This document shows positions 1-12,450 of a stretch of 64,000 bases of DNA, piece by piece (the stretch's first letter is position 1; every line of letters starts with the position of its first letter). Below the pieces are notes generated by a model. The model was given only the letters and a program-made list of their open reading frames with translations. It made no database searches and was not told the DNA's origin. The DNA is from Amphiscolops sp. MND2022 (lineage: Eukaryota). A program made the translations under genes and the position numbers. Where the stretch lies: NCBI GenBank assembly GCA_964187785.1, contig OZ076413.1, positions 45,634,001 to 45,698,000 on the forward strand, read 5' to 3'.

Positions 1-160
1 GTTCAACTTGGCAGTCAAATTTTTCAAAATTTGGGGCGAAATGCCATCCAACCTTGCACTAGAGCCGTTGGGGAAAGACATGAGAGCCTTGTGGACGAAA
101 AACTTCGAGGTTGAAAAGCTATCGATATCTGTGGGGTCCGGAACAGAGCAAGTTTCCCTG
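1..160 (-). mobile_element. Fragment of CRE-like non-LTR retrotransposon ORF (region just upstream of RT); runs off the window edge
   Basis: Minus-strand translation ETCSVPDPTDIDSFSTSKFFVHKALMSFPNGSSARLDGISPQILKNLTAKLN resembles the 'SFPxGSAGGxDGxxPQxLKDL' pre-RT motif of CRE-clade elements. Confidence 0.6.
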
Positions 161-1286
161 AATGCGTGAATGTCAAATGAATACGTTTAAAATGTCAAAA
201 AATTATCAAAATACGTCTGAAAAACGGGAAAAACGTCTAAAAATGGCAAATACGTCTAAGATGTCAAAAAATCATCAAAATACATGGCAGCGGGAAGAAC
301 GCTTAAGGAATAACATCTGTATACAAATTGAGAAAAACGTCTAAAAAATATCAATATTTTGGGAATAGTGTTTAAAGTTTCAGACGTTATTCCTGTTTCA
401 AAAGAAGGACTTTCTGAAAGCGAAAATATCATAATGTGGGACACATGCGGTCTATGCACGCTCGCCCTCACCGTCGAAAAGACCAGCAGCCACTACCATC
501 GCTTCGCAATCTCCGTTCCCGCTAAGTCTTTGCTCCTGTTCGACCTCTATTAGCAAGATGGCAACATAAGCGGCCTCAAGGGGATGCGGGGCACTATACG
601 AAATGGAGACATATCTGAAGCACGTTTTATATTTCATATCTCTTTTTATTGTTAGATCTTAATTGACTTCTTTTTTTTCCAGTTTCATGTGTTTTCCTGT
701 TTTTCTGTCGCTTTTCGACAATTTTCGGATTTTTGGGGCGTTTTTCCTGATTTTATACGTTATTCCTTTTTTCGGACTTACTTGCATGGTTTTTTGGACG
801 TTTTTTTCCGATTTAGATTCAAATACCCATCAGACACTTTTGCTCGTTTTCGATGGCCTTCGATTATCTCATAGTTCATTCCTGAAAACTAGAGCGAGAG
901 AAGAACTTTTCAGCACAAAAAACAATGTTTCAAAATCTAGAATAACATCCAAGAAAGAAACGGGAATAGCGTTCAAATAGTTCTACGTTTTTTCTGAAAA
1001 GTGAGTAAAAGTTAGACGTTAATCCTCAGACGTTTTTCCCGCCCCTGCATGGAAACTTCCTGAAAACTAGGATCACAAGTCACGTGGCTTAGAGTCATTT
1101 GATCTAGTTTTTTCGCTGAGTCGTTTAGCTTAACATTTTGAAGCTAAATGACCACAAAACTGAGCCAAGTCCATTGTAACTCAAGCAATGGCTAGAAACA
1201 ACCTATTCAAAACCAAAACTGAAATGAACTTTCAACGAAATGTTTAGGAACAAGCAACAACAACAAACAATGTTACGAAATGTTTG

Positions 1287-1422
1287 GCATATTTGTTGAA
1301 TGGTTCGGTCGCTTCGCTCCACTCGGCAAGTAGCAACATTGAAGCATGACCATTTGATACTTCGCTCTGCTTCGCTTCGCTCCTGCCTTTAGGGCTTTAG
1401 GGGTAAGTGAACATAGCAGACT
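1287..1422 (+). repeat. Dispersed ~135 bp repeat with cgcttcgctc motifs (also ~6394-6530 and 22821-22956)
   Basis: 'gcatatttgttgaatgg(t/g)tcggtcgctt(c/t)gctcc...gtgaacatagc(a/t)gact' occurs at three places. Confidence 0.8.
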
Positions 1423-2029
1423 GCGTTTTGATAATTTCAAACAAATCTGCCACGCGTTTTCAACTACGTGATTTTAAGCCAACTGACATTAAGCCAAGTG
1501 ACCATCGCTTGAGACATTTGGCTTTGAAAAATTAGGCTAAAAGACCAAATGTATCAAGCCAAAGGACTTCAAGGCAAGTGACTTTGAGCCAAGTGACCAA
1601 TTACCAAAACCAGTTCAGAAGAAGACCTCAAACAGGGTGACTTTCGAGAGCCATAACTCAGACCTCAATGAAAGATTCAACCGCAAAACTGCAGTGACAC
1701 CCCTTGTTTTAGCTAAACTACTAATTTAGCAATCAAAAAAATTAATGTAAGTTTTGCTAGGAATGCATTCGTATTTTGGATTTTTTGACTTTTCGAGCAT
1801 TATATCTTTTCCAGCGAATATTGCCGTTCGTTTCATGTTTACCATACTCTAGCTGTCGTATGAGAATGTGATTGTGCTGTGCAAACAAATTTGATCATTG
1901 TAGCAATCATTAGTTTAATTAAATAGGCAGAAAGTGACCAAGGTAATGTAATTACTTGTCACGAACGTGTAGTTACTAGCTGTAAAACAGCGGCCCTTCT
2001 CTCATAACTTCAGGCATTAATATTCGCTC

Positions 2030-2250
2030 CTAGAATGTTTACTCTATTAGTCAAGGTATCTGAGATGTGGTATAGCTTTATTATAACAAAAAGGTTACTT
2101 CTTTAAAACGAAATATGAGTGTTTTTAGAAGTTGAAGTAATCACTTTCATCACGAATTAGCAGTTTTCGAGATTTTACATTTTTTGCATGGTAAATTTTT
2201 CCCAGGGACACGTCGACGGTTCGAACACATTAGCTACTAGGGGCAGCATT
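2030..2250 (+). repeat. Diverged dispersed repeat (also in duplication copy 2 and at ~14885-15105)
   Basis: 'acttctttaaaa...gtgtttttagaagttgaag...catcacgaattagcag' matches 'acttctttaaaa...gcatttatagaagttgaaa...catcacggatttgcag'. Confidence 0.6.
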
Positions 2251-2699
2251 TAAAATTTGGCGCCGCGACGCAGTAAGGTTGCGTTTCTCCTAACTATTTA
2301 TGACTTCTGTTCTTCAATTCTTGGCGTTGTTAGAATTGAAGTTACCTAACTGGTTTGCTATTATCAAAAAGAATGAAACTGGACATTGCATTCAAGTCGC
2401 AGAGAACTTGATTCTTTGTCCATCGGGATACAAGTTACAACACAGCGGACAAAATAGCAGAAGTTACTGCACAAAGATGGCGAGATTCGACTCAACCGAC
2501 CAGAATGTAATGACAGTAAAGGAAGGCGGAACAACACAGGTGTTGTTATTTTCGGTTGCCTTGTAGAATTCATCCAACCCCGCAGAAGGGAGAGGGGTTT
2601 AAGTGCTATTTGGAAAAGCAATTAAACTAATAGAACAGTTAACTTCGAAGTTCGAGAACTGGAAATTAAAGAAAAGGATACGATCCCAATAAATCCGAA

Positions 2700-5652
2700 G
2701 TAGGTAGTCCTTATCAAGTTTATAGCAAATCAATTGGAGGAACAAAACCCGAAAGCAACCGTTGCATTTGCTGGCTCGAAGAGTGTCAATAAGGGCGTCG
2801 CAAGGTTTTGCATTGTCAAAGGAGTGGTGTTGAATAATTTTACAAAGAATGCTCCACAAGAATCAGCCAACTAAATAGATTTTCAAACGCTCGACTTCAT
2901 TTTAACAATAAAAGCAAATTTTTACGTTTCAGTAACTTCTCAAACTAATTTACCAACGCTCGTGTCGAGATTCAAGAGGAAATATCCAAAACAGAATCAG
3001 TAATTGCGCAGGGCACTAGTTGATTTGCGGTCAAATTAATTCTACCAAATGTCCGAGAGATGAAGGATGCAATGGGCAAAGCTCTGAATGAGCAAACGAC
3101 AATGATGAATATCCGAAAGAAGCCATTCTGGCTGACCTTGAGAGAAAACTTCAGAAAACAACATATGAATGGATAGGCTTTGCAGATCCATTTAGCAAGG
3201 AAACGAACTCCCAATCTGAAAAATTTGGAGCTCACGATGAAACGATAGTCGAGGAAAATTATGAAACCCTTTCGGCTACCGCTAAAACAGATCAGGGCAA
3301 ACGGAAAATGAAGATGGAAATGAAAATCAAAGCAACGCGAGCTGATAAAGTGTATGCTGATTTACGGGATCATACAACGTTAAAGATGCATGAAATGAAA
3401 CTTCAAATCGAGAAAGCAGACGGCTGTGGTGGTGGGTAGCGAGAGAGAAAAAGCGACTTCAAAACGTGGTCGGATTGGTTGAATTAAAACAGCGACGTCA
3501 TAGATAATCAGAGAGATAACACTATGCTGTGATTCCAAGAAAAAAGAACCCGCGATTACAAACATTGCGGTGACTTCACGAAGTAGAGGACAATCTTTGA
3601 ATCTAAATCAGAAAAAGGGGATTCCTACCAAGCGCAAAGGCAAACAGTTAAATGATGATAGAAGCCAAAGGCTTTCAAAATCAAGCTCAATCGCACCAAA
3701 ACGACATCCCAAAGTGTCCTCTCAACTCATTGCCTATCCAACAAGCTGTCTCGCCCCAATGGACTGTTGAAACTTCCATTCTACTGAAATTGAAGAAGAC
3801 TGATTTAGTAGGTGATCCCCAGGAGTGGCTCAACGGGTCCACTATATTTAATGCAGTTATTCACAATGCGCCAATCGACGACAATGCGAAAAAGAGCCAT
3901 TTGAAAACGCGGTTGAAAGGCAAAGCGAAAGCCGCCATTGCAAGTCTTGGTTACCCTGTCATTGTATCTCATTGTCTGGGACACGTTAGTCCGCAACTAT
4001 GGTCTTAGCCAGACAGTAGGAAAGGCTCAAATAAAACATACCCTTCCATCAGATCTCATGATTTAGCGGCTATTACCAAACATGCGCAACTCAAAACAAC
4101 GCGTGTTAGTGTCTTGATTCCCAATGGCTTCACTGGTTATCTGCGCTCAGCGTCTGTTTTGAACAGCGATGTACAAAACTACCTCAAGAGCTAAAAATGG
4201 CTATCCTATGCAAAAGGACAAAAATTCCAAACTGCAAACGTCAGATACGTCAGATATTTTTGTGAGTGGCTGAACGACGTTGCTTCCGATCATGATCAAC
4301 TGCTGGTTGAATTCAGACAAGGCAACGACAAGAAGCAGTCCACGTTGACCAATTGAAGACGAAGAAGAACAGAAGGATCATCCATGTTCGCGACTACCAA
4401 CGAAACTGGGTTGTTTATTTTTAATTCTAGCACCTGGGGTTCCAACTAAGTGTGTCTGCGGCATGGCTTGTGATGCTTTAAAAAAACTTGTTCCTACCAG
4501 TACAAAAAGATGAGGAGAAAAAATTATGCTTCCTATGTTTCGGAGAGAGATATGCTGTGAAAGATTGCAGCAAGAATGATTGTGGAATCGACGTCTGCAA
4601 AAATTGTCCCAACATGTTCTTCTCTCAACCAGACGAGACTAAAATCCCTAATACGACGTCAACGGTAACCATGGAGACCCATGCCAGTGTAAGTTTGAAC
4701 AATTTTGTCTATCCAGCTTCGCACAAAGTGGAACTTTCAAAGAATTGAAAGAGAGTGAATGTTGTCCTTGCGTTAGTCGCAATTGGATCTAGTTTCCGCA
4801 TGAGTAGATAAATTGTCAGCAGATCAACTGAATCTGCTGGGATTCAAACGATGTCCAACCGTCATAGGAATCACTGGTATCGAATGCCTCGACAGTGAAC
4901 TTGTCAAAGTCACCATTCTTTCTAAGGACTATGGAAATAAGGAATACTCAGATATCTATTCATTCTCATCTTGTCAATAATGACAAATCCTATTATCTTC
5001 GACGAACGCTGAGTCAATAACTGCAACTGCTCAAAGTTCATTCTAACAATTTCAATCTGAAAGATGTCAAATTTATCCTGGGAACAGATTGTGTTTCCCT
5101 GACTCGACACTCATATTATCAACTTTGTCAGCCAGGTGAGCCATGGGCTGTCCGATGTTCCTTCAGGTGGACATTCAGTGGCCCATTGCCAAAAAAGTTG
5201 TGTCGTCTCAGGCGTAATATCATAGGTCGATTGACCAATCTGCAGAATTCGACTTGAACGAACAAATCGAGACAAGGTGGGGTAATAAAGTTTTGGTTCA
5301 CCAGTGAAACAGAACGGGCGATCCAGATCAGATGATAAAGAACTTGAAACTTTGGAAGAGACAACGCACTGCGAAAATGGCAGGTACTTCATTGAAACTT
5401 TGTCAAATCTCACCCGTTTGAGTCTGCCGAACAACTATCAGAGTGCTGTTAGGCAGTTCTTGTCACTCCAAAACCGACTCGCCGAGAACCCAAAAGTTTA
5501 AAGCTGCCTATTCAGATGCAATCAAAAATGGCAAAGAATCGAGTTAAATTTGAATACTTCCACCCACTGAGCTTGAAGAGACCAGAAAAACCCCCAATGT
5601 ATTTTACCCTATCACCCGTTAATTAATTCGAACAAACATGGCAAGGTTAGGC
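2700..5652 (+). mobile_element. Decayed Bel/Pao gag-protease-partial RT, truncated at the duplication junction; 5' boundary approximate
   Basis: DUF1759-like 'GDPQEW...KSHLKTRLKGKAKAAIASL', Cys knuckle 'LCFLC...C...C', 'LPNNYQSAVRQFLSLQNRL', 'KHGKVR'; many stops and frameshifts. Confidence 0.85.
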
Positions 5653-5656
5653 TCGA

Positions 5657-8600
5657 TTAGCAACATGGCAACATAAGCGGCCCCAAGGGGATGCGGGGCA
5701 CTATACGAAATGGAGACATATCTGAAGCACGTTTTATATTTCATATCTCTTTTTATTGTTAGATCTTAATTGACTTCATTTTTTTTCCAGTTTCATGTGT
5801 TTTCCTGTTTTTCTGTCGCTTTTCGACAATTTTCGGATATTTTGGGCGTTTTCCTGATTTTATACGTTGTTCTTTTTTTCGGACTTACTTGCATGGTTTT
5901 TTGGACGTTTTTTTCCAATTTAGATTCAAATACCTATCAGAAACTTTTGCTCGTTTTCTATGGCCTTCGATTATCTCATAGTTCATTCTTGAAAATTAGA
6001 GCGAGAGAAGAACTTTTCAGCACAAAAAACAATATTTCAAAATCTAGAATAACATCTAAGAAAGAAACGGGAATAGCGTCCAAATCTTTCTACGTTATTT
6101 CTGAAAAGTGAGTAAAAATTAGACGTTATTCCTCAGACGTTATTCCCGCCCCTGCATGGAAACTTCCTGAAAACAAGGATCACAAGTCACGTGGCTTAGA
6201 GTCATTTGGTCTAGTTTTTTCGCTGAGTCGTTTAGCTTAACATTTTGAAGCTAAATGACCACAAAACTAAGCCAAGTCCATTGTAACTCAAGCAATGGCT
6301 AGAAACAACCTATTCAAGACCAAAACTGAATTGAACTTTCAACGAAATGTTTGGGAACAAGCGAAAACAACAAACAATGTTACGAAATGTTTGGCATATC
6401 TGTTGAATGGTTCGGTCGCTTCGCTCCACTCGGCAAGTAGCAACATTGAAGCATGACCATTTGATACGTCGCTCTGCTTCGCTTCGCTCCTGCATTTAGG
6501 GCTTTAGGGGTAAGTGAACATAGCAGACTGCGTTTTGATAATTTCAAACAAATCTGCCACGCGTTTTCAACTACGTGAATTTAAGCCAACTGACTTTAAG
6601 CCAAGTGACCATCGCTTGAGACATTTGGCTTTGAAAAATTAGGCTAAAAGCCCAAATGTATCAAGCCAAAGGACTTCAAGGCAAGTGACTTTGAGCCAAG
6701 TGACCAATTACCAAAACCAGTACAGAAGAAGACCTCAAACAGGGTGACTTTCGAGAGCCATAACTCAGACCTCAATGAAAGAATCAACCGCAAAATTGCA
6801 GTGACACCCCTTGTTTTTGCTAAATTACTAATTTAGCATTAAAAACAATCAATATAAGTTTTTTTTAGGAATGAATTTGTATTTTCGATTTTTTGACTTT
6901 TCGAGCATTATATCTTTTACGGCGAATATTGCCCTTCGTTTCATGTTTACCATACTCTAGCTGTCGTATGAGATTGTGATTGTGCTGTGCAAACAAATTT
7001 GATCATTGTAGCAATCATTAGTTTAATTAAATAGGCAGAAAGTGACCAAGGTAGTGTAATTACTTGTCACGAACGTGTAGTTACTAGCGGTAAAACAGCG
7101 GCCCTTCTCTCATAACTTCAGGCATTAATATTCGCTCCTAGAATGTTTACTCTATTAGTCAAGGTATCTGAGATGTGGTATAGCTTTATTATAACAAAAA
7201 AGTTACTTCTTTAAAACGAAATATGAGTGTTTTTAGAAGTTGAAGTAATCACTTTCATCACGAATTAGCAGTTTTCGATATTTTACAATTTTTGCATGGT
7301 AAATTTTTCCCAGGGACACGTCGACGGTTCGAACACATTAGCTATTAGAGGCAGCATTCAAAATTTGGCTCCGCGACGCAGCAAGGTTGCGTTTCTCCTA
7401 ACTATTTATAACTTCTGTTCTTCAATTCTTGGCGTTGTTAGAATTGCAGATACCTAACTGGTTTGCTATTATCAAAAAGAATAAAACTGGACATTGCATT
7501 CAAGTCGCAGAGAACCTGATTCTTTGTCCATCGGGATACAAGTTACAACACAGCGGACAAAATGGCAGAAGTTACTGCACAAAGATGGCGAGATTCGACT
7601 CAACCGACCAGAATGTAATGACAGTAAAGGAAGGCGGAACAACACAGGTGTTGTTATTTTCGGTTGCCTTGTAGAATTCATCCAACCCCGCAGAAGGGAG
7701 AGGGGTATAAGTGCTATTTGGAAAAGCAATTAAACTAATAGAACAGTTAACTTCGAAGTTCGAGAACTGGAAATTAAAGGAAAAGGATACGATCCCATTA
7801 AATCCGAAGTAGGTAGTCCTTATCAAGTTTAAAGCAAATCAATTGGAGGAATAAAACCCGAGAGCGACTGTTGCATTCGCTGGCTCGAAAAGTGTCAATA
7901 AGGGCGTCGCAAAGTTTTGCATTGTCAAAGGAGTGGTGTTGAATAATTTTACGAAAAATGCTCCACAAGAATCAGCCAACTGAATAGATTTTCAAACGTT
8001 CGACTTCATTTTAACAATAAAAGCAAATTTTTACGTTCCAGTAACTTCTCAAACCAATATACCAACGCTCGAGTCGAGATTCAAGAGGAAATATCCAAAA
8101 CAGAATCAGTAATTGCGCAGGGCACTAGTTGATTTGCGGTCAAATTAATTCTACCAAATGTCCGAGAGATGAAGGATGCATTGGGCAAAGCTCTGAATGA
8201 GCAAACGACAATGATGAATATCCGAAAGAAGCCAGTCTGGCTGATCTTGAGAGAAAACTTCAGAAAACAACATATGAATGGATTGGCTTTGCAGATCCAT
8301 TTAGCAAGGAAACGAACTCCCAATCTGAAAAATTTGGAGCTCACGATGAAACGATAGTCGAGGAAAATTATGAAACCCTTTCGGCTACCGCTAAAACAGA
8401 TCAGGGCAAAAGGAAAATGAAGATGGAAATGAAAGTCAAAGCAACGCGAGCTGATAAAGTGTATGCTGATTTACGGGATCATACAACGTTAAAGATGCAT
8501 GAAATGAAACTTCAAATCGAGAAAGCAGACGGCTGTGGTGGTGGGTAGCGAGAGAGAAAAAGCGACTTCAAAACGTGGTCGGATTGGTTGGATTAAAACA

Positions 8601-10773
8601 GCGACGTCATAGATAATCAGAGAGATAACACTATGCTCTGATTCCAGGAAAAAAGAACCCGCGATTACAAACATTGCAGTGACTTCACGAAGTAGAGGAC
8701 AATCTTTGAATGTAAATCAGAAAAAGGGGATTCCTACCAAGCGCAAAGGCAAACAGTTAAATGACTGAGGTGATAGAAGCCAAAGGCTTTCAAAATCAAG
8801 CTCAATCGCACCAAAACGACATCCCAATGCTAACAGAGTGTCGTCTCAACTCATTGCCTATCCAACAAGCTGTCTCGCTCCAATGGACTGTTGAAATTTC
8901 CATTCTACTGAAATTGAAGAAGACTGACTTAGTAGGTGATCCTCAGCAGTGGCTCAACGGGTCCACTATATTTAATGCAGTTACTCACAATGCGCCAATC
9001 GACGACAATGCGAAAAAGAGCCATTTGAAGACGCTGTTGAAAGGCAAAGCGAAAGCCGCCATTGCAAGTCTTGGTTACCCGGTCATTGTATCTCATTGTC
9101 TGGGACACGTTAGTCCGCAACTATGGTCTTAGCCACACAGTAGGAAAGGCTCAAATAAAACATACCCTTCCATCAGATCTCATGATTTTGCGGCTATTAC
9201 CAAACATGCGCAACTCAAAACAACGCGTGTTAGTGTCTTGATTCCCAATGGCTTCACTGATTATCTGCGCTCAGCGTCTGTATTGAACAGCGATGTACAA
9301 AACAACCTCAAGAGCTAAAAATGGCTATCCTATGCAAAAGGACAAAAATTCCAAACTGCAAACGTCAGATACGTCAGATATTTTTGTGAGTGGCTGAACG
9401 ACGTTGCTTCCAATCATGATCAACTGCTGGTTGAATTCAGAAAAGGCAACGACAAGAAGCAGTCCACGTTGACCAATTGAAGTCGAAGAAGAACAGAAGG
9501 ATCATCCATGTTCGCGACTACCAACGAAACTGGGTTGTTTATTTTTAATTCTAGCACCTAGGGTTCCGACTAAATGTGTCTGCGGCATGGCTTGTGATGC
9601 TTTAAAAAAACTTGCTCCTACCAGTACAAAAAGATGAGGAGAAAAAATTATGCTTCCTATGTTTCCGAGAGAGATATGCTGTGAAAGATTGCAGCAAGAA
9701 TGATTGTGGAATCGACGTCTGCAAAAATCGTCACATGTTCTTCTATCAACCAGACGAGACTAAAACCCCTAATACGACGTCAACGGAGACCATGGAGACC
9801 CATGCCAGTGTAAGTTTGAACAATTTTGTCTATCCAGCTTCGCACAAAGTGGAACTCTCAAAGAATTGAAAGAGAGTGAATGTTGTCCTTGCGTTAGTCG
9901 CAATTGGATCTAGTTTCCGCATGAGTAGAAAAATTGTCAGCAGATCAACTGAATCTGCTGGGATTCAAACGATGTCTAACCGTCATAGGAATCACTGGTA
10001 TCGAATGCCTCGACAGTGAACTTGTCAAAGTCACCATTCTTTCTAAGGACTATGGAAATAAGGAATACTCAGATATCTATTCATTCTCATCTTGTCAATG
10101 ATGACAAATCCTATTATCTTCGACGAACGCTGAGTCAATAACTGCAACTGCTCAAAGTTCAGTCTAACAGTTTCAATCTGCAAGATGTCAAATTTATCCT
10201 GGGAAAAGATTGTGTTTCCCTGACTCGACACTCAAATTATCAACTTTGTCAGCCAGGTGAGCCTTGGGCTGTCCGATGTTCCTTCAGGTGGACATTCAGT
10301 GGCCCATTGCCAAAAAAGTTGTGTCGTCTCAGGCGTAATGTAATAGGTCGATTGACCAATCTGCAGAATTCGACTTGAACGAACAAATCGAGACAAGGTG
10401 GGGTAATAAAGTTATGGTTCACCAGTGAAACAGAACGTGCGATCCAGATCAGATGTTAAAGAACTTGAAACTTTGGAAGAGACAACGCACTGTGAATATG
10501 GCAGGTACTTCATTGGAACTTTGTCAAATCTCACCCGTTTGAGTCTGCCGAACAACTATCAGAGTGCTGTTAGGCAGTTCTTGTCACTCCAAAACCGACT
10601 CGCCGAGAACCCGAAAGTTTAAAGCTGCCTATTCAGATGCAATTAAAACGGGCAAAGAATCGAGTTATATTTGAATACTTCCACCCACTGAGCTTGAACA
10701 GACCAGAAAAACCCTCAGTGTATTTTACCCTATCACCTGTTAATTAATTCGAACAAACATGGCAAGGTTAGGC
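5657..10773 (+). repeat. Copy 2 of the ~5.1 kb tandem duplication
   Basis: Collinear with 550-5652; junction reads 'gcaaggttaggc-tcga-ttagcaacatggc'; after 10773 the Pao pol continues. Confidence 0.97.
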
Positions 10774-12450
10774 GCGTCTACAATAGAGGGAGCGAAGTCG
10801 GAGGACAATCCTTGAGCAAAAGTCCTTTCGTTGGTCCAGATTCAGTGCAGAATCTTTTGGGGATCGCGTTTCGATTCTGAGAGAAACTTTTTGACATAAG
10901 TGCAGACATTGAAGCATTTTTCTCGCAATTACAAGTCCCTGCTGTCTTCGTTTTGTATGGCAAAAATTCCATTAGAAAATTCATCAACATTTACGTACAC
11001 TTGTCATATATATGGAGCCAAAGACTCCAAAACATTTGCAAATTATGTTCTACGACGTACAGCTGCAGACGATGAGGAAGAACCCCCAGTCGTTTTTAGA
11101 ATTGTCAAACTTCGTGGAGGACGACTTCTTGTACTCCGCTGAAGCTGATTCTTTAAAATGAAACCTGAAATTTTTTTTGTTTTCATAAAATGGTGGTTTC
11201 AAGATTTCTACATAGCAATCAAACGTTTATGATTTGTGTGAGAAAGACAATGACGAGGAGAGTGTTAGAGTTTTGTTATGGGAATGAAACCCAATCTCAG
11301 ATTACCTTATATTTTGCCATGGGTTTCTTATTAAAAAACGATCAGCTAAATTTACCAGAGTGGTTTCGTCAATATCGGCGCCAAAATTTGACCCCTTGGG
11401 GTTGGCATCACCTTTCAGAATTTCGAATTTAGCCGACTTTACAACTTCTTACGCAGAAGGTTTAGATGTCTTGGATGAAGAAACTCCGCGAGACATTGCA
11501 AAACAATATGTTGATTTGCTACAAAAAATTCAAGCTCTGAAATTTTAAACTGTAAAAAAACAAACAGAATGGCCGGCAGTTTCGCAGTAATGTACAATTA
11601 CGTGTTTTCGCGGATGCATCAGAAAAGGAACTTGGCGTTTCCGCCGATGCATCAGTAAAGGGAGTTTATGATGTCGCCTGTTGGGGTTTGAGAAAGATGA
11701 CCAAGTCAATGTTTCGTCCGTAAAGGGGAACACAAGAGTGACTCCCACCAAAACCACTATAAAGTAGCAGCAAATTTTAGTTGCTAACCGAATTGGAGAA
11801 TAATTGCAATACCCCAACATGGGTGAATGTAATCAAATAACTGGCGCATACAATCTAGCCGATCTGGGCACGCCATGGCTGAGAGCCAAAGAAATTCCGT
11901 CAAGTGTGTGACTAAAGGGGCCGGCGTTTCTGAGTGAGAACGAACCTCATTTGCCAAAAACTACCGTTGCGTGCATTATTGTTGAGGATACTGCAGACAC
12001 TTCTAAATGGAAGTAATTTCTCTACGTTTGAACAAACCTTTCGAGATGCGATGAGAACGATATAGTTCTTGGACTAAATTAATTATGCTTTTCTTTACAT
12101 ACTCTGCTGGAGAAGCCCCAACCAAGTTAGAGGACTAATTTCTCTGGATGAATTTCACAACGCAGAAAAACTCAATACAATTTGGAACATTGAATAACAT
12201 TTTCTAGTTCTAGATGAACGTGGAATCATCAGAGCGCATGCTTTTATAACAAAGGCTGATTTCGAACTCGATACTATTCATCAAATCCTTCTGCCATCCC
12301 CAGATTCTGCGATGCAACTGATGTTGCTGAAATGTCGATTGACAATTCTTCTCTAGGCGTTGAAAATATGCGATGTCAATTGCTACAACTCTTCTGGATA
12401 TTGGGCCTCCGATACATCTAGCGTAACATCAAAAGTCGCTATTTTCTCCT
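7810..12450 (+). mobile_element. Decayed Bel/Pao gag-pol (gag, PR, RT, RNase H, start of integrase); 5' boundary approximate
   Basis: Same gag motifs as copy 1, then 'GPDSVQNLLGIAFRF', 'ADIEAFF', 'YGAKDS', 'FDPLGLASPF', 'VFADAS'-like RNase H, 'NLADLGT', 'FWILGLR'. Confidence 0.9.

Larger units (their letters stand above)
550..5652 (+). repeat. Copy 1 of a ~5.1 kb tandem segmental duplication
   Basis: From 'ttagcaagatggcaacataagcgg' to 'aaacatggcaaggttaggc', repeated with high identity ~5107 bp downstream; paired ORFs in the track (663/5770, 2972/8081, 3652/8761, 5304/10425). Confidence 0.97.
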
